DNA of 31,439 nt, taken from the IMG/VR virus record IMGVR_UViG_3300043447_000134, positions 1 to 31,439 of that record, one strand, 5' to 3'. The position numbers and the translations under genes are program-made. Under the pieces are notes generated by a model that did not search any database, was not told where the DNA came from, and saw nothing but the letters and a program-made list of their open reading frames with translations. Source of the DNA: a virus. Taxonomy: Duplodnaviria; Caudoviricetes. Below, piece by piece: positions 15,999-21,864 of this stretch; positions within the stretch are counted from its first letter, which is position 1; every line of letters starts with the position of its first letter.

Positions 15999-16421
15999 CT
16001 ACTTGATTTTGATTGTCTTAGGCTTCTTCTCTTCTGGAATGTCACGCTTCACCACCACATAAAGCATGCCATCATTAAGATCGGCACTATCAACAAACAT
16101 ATATTCAGCAAGTGTAAAGGTACGTGTAAATTTACGTCCTGCGATACCCTTGTGAACATACTCTTCAACATCTTCTGGACGCTCACCCTTGATAGTAAGT
16201 ACTCCATCATGCTCTGTGATTTCAATAGAATCCTTGTTAAAGCCTGCTACTGCAAGCTCAACTACATAGGTATCCTCATCAACCTTGCGAACATTGTATG
16301 GAGGGAATCCAGACTGTTGATTTGTAGTATTTGTTAATCGGTTGAACATCTTGTCAAATCCGATAAAGAATGGATCATCAAATAGAGATGGTCCTGTTTT
16401 TGTATATGATACATAGTTCAT
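15999..16421 (-). CDS. small heat shock protein Hsp20 (IbpA-like)
   Basis: FPPYNV, ELAVAGF, HKGIAGRKFTRTFTL, DGML, PEEKKPKTIKI. Confidence 0.95.
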   Translation of the reverse strand: MNYVSYTKTGPSLFDDPFFIGFDKMFNRLTNTTNQQSGFPPYNVRKVDEDTYVVELAVAGFNKDSIEITEHDGVLTIKGERPEDVEEYVHKGIAGRKFTRTFTLAEYMFVDSADLNDGMLYVVVKRDIPEEKKPKTIKIK

Positions 16422-16489
16422 TTTTATTGCTCCTTTTCAGCGAGTTAAAGTATGTACCCCCATTTGGCAGGTACATATATATTATACCA
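16422..16489 (-). promoter_or_regulatory. hsp20 promoter and ROSE-like thermometer leader
   Basis: TGGTATAAT; 5' hairpin GUACC...GGUAC; CUCGCU-GAAA-AGGAG pairs the SD with a bulged G. Confidence 0.65.
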
Positions 16490-16494
16490 CTTTG

Positions 16495-16566
16495 CTCTCC
16501 CCCTAGGATTCAAACCTAGATTGCTGGTGCCAAAAACCAGAGTCCTGTCAATTGGACGAAGGGAGA
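16495..16566 (-). tRNA. tRNA-Gln(UUG)
   Basis: TCTCCCT/GGGGAGA, CTGGT-TTTTGGC-ACCAG, T-loop TTTGAAT. Confidence 0.85.
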
Positions 16567-16570
16567 TCAA

Positions 16571-16657
16571 TGAGCAGTTTACCTATTGCTAGGTGCTTCT
16601 TTTCTGCGACTCCCCGATGAAAGGGTGCAAATCCAATGCTGGTCATACTCAGGACCA
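16571..16657 (-). ncRNA. candidate pseudoknotted RNA between tRNA-Ser and tRNA-Gln
   Basis: UGGUC/GACCA stem with loop UGAGUA pairing 3' UGCUCA; ACCUA-GCAA-UAGGU GNRA hairpin. Confidence 0.7.
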
Positions 16658-16659
16658 AG

Positions 16660-16746
16660 CGGAAGAAGTAGGATTTGAACCTACGGTAGATTTTACTCTA
16701 CGGTCAGTTAGCAACCGACTGCAATAGACCACTCTGCCATTCTTCC
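16660..16746 (-). tRNA. tRNA-Ser(GCU)
   Basis: GGAAGAA/TTCTTCC, GTCGG-TTGCTAA-CTGAC, long variable arm, G73. Confidence 0.92.
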
Positions 16747-16748
16747 AA

Positions 16749-16874
16749 TGAGAACTCGGTTTATATTTCACCACTCCGTAAGGTCTGGTGCCAGTGCGTT
16801 CTCAACACTGTGCAGAAGTCTAGCTAGGGCCTTCTACAAATACTTGTTCATCCGTTAAGATAAACAGTGGTATT
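16749..16874 (-). ncRNA. candidate structured RNA between tRNA-Val and tRNA-Ser
   Basis: Two 8-bp hairpins plus CAGUGU/GCACUG stem whose loop UGAGAAC pairs 3' GUUCUCA. Confidence 0.6.
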
Positions 16875-16883
16875 GCCTTCCTG

Positions 16884-16955
16884 TAGGAGTAACAGGGTTT
16901 GAACCTGTGACATTCTGCGTGTAAAGCAGACGCTCTACCACTGAGCTATACTCCT
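16884..16955 (-). tRNA. tRNA-Val(UAC)
   Basis: AGGAGTA/TACTCCT, TCTGC-TTTACAC-GCAGA. Confidence 0.92.
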
Positions 16956-16959
16956 ATTT

Positions 16960-17132
16960 GTAAGCGAGATGTGACTAGCATCCCCTTACTGACTCTACAC
17001 TAAATATCCTACGAGTAGTAGCAACCATAAGCACTCTTGTCTTTGCGGTAAGGTTAGTACCGTATCCACCAAATCGGGTTTCGTTCCTACACCATAATGA
17101 CATATATGGTAACGAGTGTTAGTCACTACACT
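16960..17132 (-). ncRNA. candidate ~170-nt structured RNA between tRNA-Leu and tRNA-Val
   Basis: Terminal hairpins with complementary loops (UGACUA / UAGUCA), internal stems. Confidence 0.6.
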
Positions 17133-17133
17133 G

Positions 17134-17207
17134 TGCTTCTCACAGGACTTGAACCTGTAACACCCAGATCCTAAATCTGGTGCCTCTACCAATTGGGCTA
17201 GAGAAGC
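17134..17207 (-). tRNA. tRNA-Leu(UAG), short variable loop
   Basis: GCTTCTC/GAGAAGC, CCAGA-TTTAGGA-TCTGG. Confidence 0.9.
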
Positions 17208-17209
17208 AT

Positions 17210-17285
17210 TGGAGCGGAAGACGAGACTTGAACTCGCAACAGTCTGCTTGGAAGGCAGAAACTCTACCAATTGAGTTACTTCCGC
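17210..17285 (-). tRNA. tRNA-Gly(UCC)
   Basis: GCGGAAG/CTTCCGC, TCTGC-CTTCCAA-GCAGA, U73, CCA. Confidence 0.93.
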
Positions 17286-17286
17286 A

Positions 17287-17362
17287 TGGCATCTCCAACG
17301 GGGTTTGAACCCGTGTTGCCAGATTGAAAATCTGGAGTCCTAGGCCACTAGACGATGGAGAC
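17287..17362 (-). tRNA. tRNA-Glu(UUC)
   Basis: GTCTCCA/TGGAGAT, CCAGA-TTTTCAA-TCTGG, CCA. Confidence 0.92.
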
Positions 17363-17363
17363 T

Positions 17364-17439
17364 TGGCTGGTCTGGCAGGTCACGATCCTGCGACATTCGC
17401 ATTAACAGTGCGACGCTCTACCAACTGAGCTACAGACCA
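17364..17439 (-). tRNA. tRNA-Asn(GUU)
   Basis: TGGTCTG/CAGACCA, TCGCA-CTGTTAA-TGCGA, T-loop ATCGTGA, CCA. Confidence 0.9.
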
Positions 17440-17450
17440 TTGTGTACTCT

Positions 17451-18248
17451 TTATGGGAGTACTTGAACCACCTTGGTAGGTGTTCCAAAACTTAACGACT
17501 GTGCAGCGACTGCAACAGTAGCAGATGAAGTAGTTTGAGGAATCAAACCAAACACCTTAGACGTATAATTATACACTAGGTATGAAGCAACATAGTCTGT
17601 AGTTGCATCGTAAGCCTTTGATGAGATAATGTTGTTATTAGCATCATATCCTCCTACGCTTACAGATACGGTATCAGTAATACACGCTGGATAATCAATC
17701 TTAGTTCCACGAGTATTTCCTGTTGCTGCAAAGACTGAAATACCCTTTGACTTTAGTGTTGAGATTAATGTACGGATAGTTGTATCTGCAACTGCTACTC
17801 CTCCGTATGCAGCAGTATTTGTAACTGCTGGCGAGCATGGCTTGGTGCCATTAAAATATCGTGAAAATGATACAGCTCCAACCTTTGATGAATTTGCATC
17901 TACCCAACGCAATGCATCAATAAAGTTTCCAGCATTCATTTCTGCTACAGACTTTGCACTTGGAGTTGTTGATCGTAGCAAAATAATTGGCAATGCAGGG
18001 TTTTGCTTCTTTGCAACTTCTGCCATAGCATTTCCATGGTTGATAACGCTTGAAATGTCTGCACTCTTTGTAGCTACAACATCTGTACATGGTACATTTG
18101 CTAGAGTGATACAGGTAATGTTTGCTGCATTAACCTTTGAATCAAAGTATGAGTCAATGATTACCAAAGACTTTGTTTCGGCTGCTTGTGCTGGCTGAAC
18201 CAGTACTGCAAAAATTGCTAACGAAATAATTCCCACTGCTTTTTTCAT
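17451..18248 (-). CDS. secreted subtilisin-like (S8) peptidase homolog
   Basis: Signal peptide (AQA); IIDS, NHGNAM, AATGN, YPAC, TTSSAT. Confidence 0.7.
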   Translation of the reverse strand: MKKAVGIISLAIFAVLVQPAQAAETKSLVIIDSYFDSKVNAANITCITLANVPCTDVVATKSADISSVINHGNAMAEVAKKQNPALPIILLRSTTPSAKSVAEMNAGNFIDALRWVDANSSKVGAVSFSRYFNGTKPCSPAVTNTAAYGGVAVADTTIRTLISTLKSKGISVFAATGNTRGTKIDYPACITDTVSVSVGGYDANNNIISSKAYDATTDYVASYLVYNYTSKVFGLIPQTTSSATVAVAAQSLSFGTPTKVVQVLP

Positions 18249-18251
18249 TTA

Positions 18252-18452
18252 TTAGTTTCCAATCATTAATCGTACTACATGACAACATGGGTCTCCGCCT
18301 TGGTCCCACTCTTCTACTTCTTCTTCACTCATATACTGGTATCCACCATCATGAGTATTACAGTAAGGCTCACTTACCCAGCCTCTATCCATTCCTTCGT
18401 TGATCCACTTATCAAAGTCAGACCATTCTTTATCTACTAACGTTTCGTCCAT
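18252..18452 (-). CDS. small acidic Cys/His protein
   Basis: CNTHDG...DPCCHV; leaderless TATACT-N6-ATG. Confidence 0.75.
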   Translation of the reverse strand: MDETLVDKEWSDFDKWINEGMDRGWVSEPYCNTHDGGYQYMSEEEVEEWDQGGDPCCHVVRLMIGN

Positions 18453-18467
18453 ATTATAAGTATACCC

Positions 18468-18998
18468 TTAAATGCTTACTACGTCAACTGGGCCCATGCA
18501 TGTAGGGCTAAATTTAATTGCAGAGTTTACTGCTCCAACAACACGCTTTCGTGCATCCTTAGTTTTCTGTGTTGCGTCTAGGTGACCCATGGCGTATTCT
18601 GCCCCTGAGCCCATTGCTAAAAATGGCACAGTGTACTTGGATAAAGACATATCTCCAGCACTATGCTCATAGATTTCACCACGAATAGCAATAATCAAAC
18701 CAAAGTCTGCATCCTTACCAGTATCTACCCACCAATCAGTATAAAACTGCTTGAGCTGTTTGATAAACTTGGTTTGCATAAATTTGTCTGTGTCTTTAAT
18801 GTCTGGCACATATGGATTAAAGTTATAGCGAAGACGCTCACCATCCATAGATCCAGCGTATCCGATTAGATAAGGTCCAAGCTTCCACACCTTTGGTGCA
18901 GTTAATGCTAGAATAGTACCATCGTCTGATGCACCACGATCTCCAGCCATATAAATCTTATTGTTTACTTCATCACGAACTACAGCAATGCAAGTCAT
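18468..18998 (-). CDS. HslV/proteasome-beta-like Ntn peptidase
   Basis: True start ATG 18998 (MTCIA..., Thr nucleophile) after GGGAGG; MAGD, K, GYAGS, AMGSGA. Confidence 0.85.
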   Translation of the reverse strand: MTCIAVVRDEVNNKIYMAGDRGASDDGTILALTAPKVWKLGPYLIGYAGSMDGERLRYNFNPYVPDIKDTDKFMQTKFIKQLKQFYTDWWVDTGKDADFGLIIAIRGEIYEHSAGDMSLSKYTVPFLAMGSGAEYAMGHLDATQKTKDARKRVVGAVNSAIKFSPTCMGPVDVVSI

Positions 18999-19029
18999 GC
19001 AGAAACCCCTCCCAAAGTTGATATATTCA

Positions 19030-19058
19030 AGTATACCATCCCTGGAAGGGGCTGTCAA
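19030..19058 (-). promoter_or_regulatory. promoter TTGACA-N17-TATACT (extended -10)
   Basis: Near-perfect consensus. Confidence 0.85.
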
Positions 19059-19079
19059 ATAGGGGTCAAATATGCTTAA

Positions 19080-19379
19080 TTATGCTATCTTTGATCTTTT
19101 TCTGCGTGTCTCTACTGCTGCATCCTGTACTGTTACTGCATTTTTATCTGTGGTAGAAAATGCTGCGTTGATTTCATCTCTTGTAAGTTTTCCATCATCC
19201 ATAAATGCACGAGCCAACTTCTCAACAACTACTGCGACTGCACTGAGTCCAGCAACTGTCATAGCCTTTGCTACTGAAATACCTGCAATTGCTCCTGCTC
19301 CAATTACTGCTAGAGCATTGGCTGCAAATACCGCAACAATACGCATAAGGATATTCCAAATGTTTGTGATACTGTTCAT
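19080..19379 (-). CDS. small membrane protein (holin-like)
   Basis: Two Ala-rich hydrophobic helices, DDGKLT..EI motif, basic tail. Confidence 0.65.
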   Translation of the reverse strand: MNSITNIWNILMRIVAVFAANALAVIGAGAIAGISVAKAMTVAGLSAVAVVVEKLARAFMDDGKLTRDEINAAFSTTDKNAVTVQDAAVETRRKRSKIA

Positions 19380-19381
19380 GT

Positions 19382-19561
19382 TTACTCCTCTCTATTTCTA
19401 ATTGGACTAGTTATAATCCAGATTGCTGTTGTTAGCATGATTCCATAACCAACAACTACCTTTGCGCTACCATCCAATACCACCCAGGCAATAAACATTC
19501 CAAGAAGAGTCCATGCCTGATCTATTAGATCTTTTACTATATTTTTTATTATTCTTACCAT
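19382..19561 (-). CDS. 59-aa two-TM membrane protein, not in ORF track
   Basis: Hand-translated MVRIIK...QAWTLLGMFIAWVVLDGSAK...; GGAGG upstream. Confidence 0.75.
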   Translation of the reverse strand: MVRIIKNIVKDLIDQAWTLLGMFIAWVVLDGSAKVVVGYGIMLTTAIWIITSPIRNREE

Positions 19562-21780
19562 CTTCTACCTCCTCTTGAACCTGGTGAATTGCTTCCTGAG
19601 CCTCCACCAGAACTTCCTCCTCCACCAGTGCCACCACCAGTAGATCCTCCTGTTGCAACTGCTGCAGCATTAATAGCTGCTCCTGCTGCTACAACTGTAG
19701 CTACAACCATATCTGTAGCTTCTTCTCTTTCTGCTTCTGTCATGTCTGCACCAATACTTCCAAGTGCTGCTAATGCTGCTCCTGGATCTGTTAAGGCTGC
19801 TTCTAGTAGTGCCCCTGGGTCTGAGACTAATTCAACTTGTGCTGCAACTTCAGCTGTAATAACAAGTGGATTACCACTTTCATCAGTACGAACCTCAACT
19901 GGTGTTGCTGGTGGTAGATCTGCATAAGAAACTCCAGAGGCCTGTACCTGTGCAGCAGAGATAGATTCTCCTGGCTTTAAGTCAGCAACTAATGACTCTA
20001 CAACTGCTGCCTTCTCTTCTTCAGTTATTTCTTTTCCATTCTTAGCATCTTCAGCAATCTTTGCTAATCTTTCTTTTTCAGCTTTCTTTGCCTCTTCTTC
20101 AGCCTTTAGCTTATCTGCTTCAGCCTTAGCTTTAGCTTCTTCAGCTTCTTTTTGTTCTGCTAACTTCTTAGCCTCTTCTTCTGCCTTAATCTTAGCTTCT
20201 AGTTCTGCTTTTGCTTTCTCTTCTTCAGCAGCCTTAGCCTTTGCTTCTGCTTCTAATCTATCTGCTTCTGCTTTTTCTGCCTCTGCCTTGGCTTTTGCGG
20301 CTTCTGCTTCTGCCTTTAGCCTGTCTTCTTCAGCCTTCTTAGCAGCCTCTTCAGCAGCAATTCTGTCTGCCTCTGCTTTTGCTGCAGCCTCCGCTGCTGC
20401 CCTTGCTTCAGCCTCTGCCTTAATTCTCGCAGCCTCTGCTGCTAATCTAGCCTGCTCTGCTTCATATGCTTGTTGTGCAGCAATACGAGCATTCTCTGCT
20501 GCAATTGCTGCTTGTCTGGCTTGCTCTACTCTGATTGCTTCTTGTCTTGCTGCCTCTTCTTCTGCTAATGTTTGATTAACTAAAGATGCTGCTGCATCCA
20601 CACTTGCTGCCATATTTACAACTGCCTGGTCTACAGCAACTAATGCTGATGTTAAATTATTTTCTGCTTGGGTTAAATTATTTTGTGCCTCAACCAAATC
20701 TTGTTGTGACACATTAAGATCATTTTGTAGTAATGTAAGTGCTTGTTGTGCTACTGCCAATTGATTTTGTGCATCAGAAAGTTCTTGTCTTTGCTCTGGT
20801 GTTGCTCCTGATGTAGAGAATTCTGATCCTGGAATTATTTCCCATTGACCATTTCCAGTATATCTCTGCAAATAAACAACTGCTCCACCACCATTTTCAT
20901 AGTACCAAAGATCAAATTGTTTTGAGACTCCTGCCATAGTCATAACATCAGCAGTAGATCCGCCTCCACCCTTGTCATACCAGTCATCAAGAACTAATAC
21001 TCCATCAAGATATAGCCTAGTTCCATCATCTGCTTGTGCAGAAATATATTGTGTTCCAGTAGTTGTTGGGGTCCATAGGCCAGACCAATGTACCTGAAAA
21101 TCTTCAGGGTATGTACCAGCAGGTCCACCTCCCCCCCAAACCTCATAAATACCATTTGTATCTGTAGTAGTAGAAACAATATATCCTGCACCCATAGGCG
21201 GTCTATTGTTATATCCCAAATCCTGGTAAACAGTCATAGTTAGACCAGGGGTAGTGTTTGCATTTACTACTGCGGTAGCACTATCTACAATGTTTTGATC
21301 AATCGCTACCGTGGCAGTTTGAGAATCTACTGCTATCTGAGCAACAATAACATTTTCTTCAGCCTCTTCAACTAAGACTGTAGCACCATCTACTTGTGCA
21401 AGAGCCACAGTAGCACTATCTACTACTGCTTGAGCCTGTAATATAGAGTCCTGGGCCTGTGTGATAGTGGCTGTAATGGTCTCTGTAGGGCTTGTAATGG
21501 CTGTTGCTTGGGTTTCTATGAGTGCCGTTGCAGATTCAGCCTGAGTTATTGCATTCTGTGCTGCCTCAATGATGGCTGTTGGTTCTAAAATTACTGCAGT
21601 TGCTGTATCGCTTAGTTGAATTGATCCTACAGAAGTTGCTGTAGCTGTATCTACTTGGACAGTCAAGACCTCATCAGCGTGTGCCTTTGTAGCAGGTGCA
21701 AATACCAGCCAAAGCACAATTAAAAATCCCACCAAACTGCTCTTTATTAGAACTCTTTTAATAGGGGGGTCACCTTTCAA
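19555..21780 (-). CDS. secreted, membrane-anchored stalk protein with PA14 domain
   Basis: Signal peptide (AHA), coiled coil, PA14 (F-x-V-x-WSG, ADDGTRLYLDG, YYENGGGA), long A/E/K helix, C-terminal hydrophobic helix, Gly tail. Confidence 0.8.
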   Translation of the reverse strand: MKGDPPIKRVLIKSSLVGFLIVLWLVFAPATKAHADEVLTVQVDTATATSVGSIQLSDTATAVILEPTAIIEAAQNAITQAESATALIETQATAITSPTETITATITQAQDSILQAQAVVDSATVALAQVDGATVLVEEAEENVIVAQIAVDSQTATVAIDQNIVDSATAVVNANTTPGLTMTVYQDLGYNNRPPMGAGYIVSTTTDTNGIYEVWGGGGPAGTYPEDFQVHWSGLWTPTTTGTQYISAQADDGTRLYLDGVLVLDDWYDKGGGGSTADVMTMAGVSKQFDLWYYENGGGAVVYLQRYTGNGQWEIIPGSEFSTSGATPEQRQELSDAQNQLAVAQQALTLLQNDLNVSQQDLVEAQNNLTQAENNLTSALVAVDQAVVNMAASVDAAASLVNQTLAEEEAARQEAIRVEQARQAAIAAENARIAAQQAYEAEQARLAAEAARIKAEAEARAAAEAAAKAEADRIAAEEAAKKAEEDRLKAEAEAAKAKAEAEKAEADRLEAEAKAKAAEEEKAKAELEAKIKAEEEAKKLAEQKEAEEAKAKAEADKLKAEEEAKKAEKERLAKIAEDAKNGKEITEEEKAAVVESLVADLKPGESISAAQVQASGVSYADLPPATPVEVRTDESGNPLVITAEVAAQVELVSDPGALLEAALTDPGAALAALGSIGADMTEAEREEATDMVVATVVAAGAAINAAAVATGGSTGGGTGGGGSSGGGSGSNSPGSRGGRRW

Positions 21781-21797
21781 AGATGTTTGATAGGATT

Positions 21798-21806
21798 ATT
21801 ATATCA
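21798..21806 (-). promoter_or_regulatory. extended -10 TGATATAAT
   Basis: Just downstream of terminator, upstream of PA14 gene. Confidence 0.6.
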
Positions 21807-21817
21807 TTTTATTCCAC

Positions 21818-21848
21818 AAAAAAGAGGGCTAGCACTAGGCTAACCCCC
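21818..21848 (-). terminator. intrinsic terminator
   Basis: GGGGGUUAGC-CUAGU-GCUAGCCCUC followed by U6. Confidence 0.88.
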
Positions 21849-21864
21849 TTTAGTGTTTGGCTAA

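Noticed and set aside
16571-16657. Hammerhead ribozyme
   Set aside because: CUGAGUAUGA and GGUAAAC do not match the CUGANGA/GAAA core in a three-way junction
5083-17207. TAA/TAG anticodons as stop suppressors or an alternative genetic code
   Set aside because: Anticodons UAA and UAG read Leu codons UUA and CUA; genes end normally at TAA, TAG and TGA under code 11
16995-17270. 91-aa minus-strand ORF
   Set aside because: Overlaps tRNA-Gly, tRNA-Leu and a structured spacer; no SD
18999-19058. N-terminal extension of the HslV-like ORF
   Set aside because: The called TTG is the -35 box; SD and Thr nucleophile place the start at 18998
20040-20570. DNA tandem repeat or tape-measure protein
   Set aside because: Low-complexity A/E/K coding without a fixed DNA period; signal peptide and PA14 domain argue against tape measure
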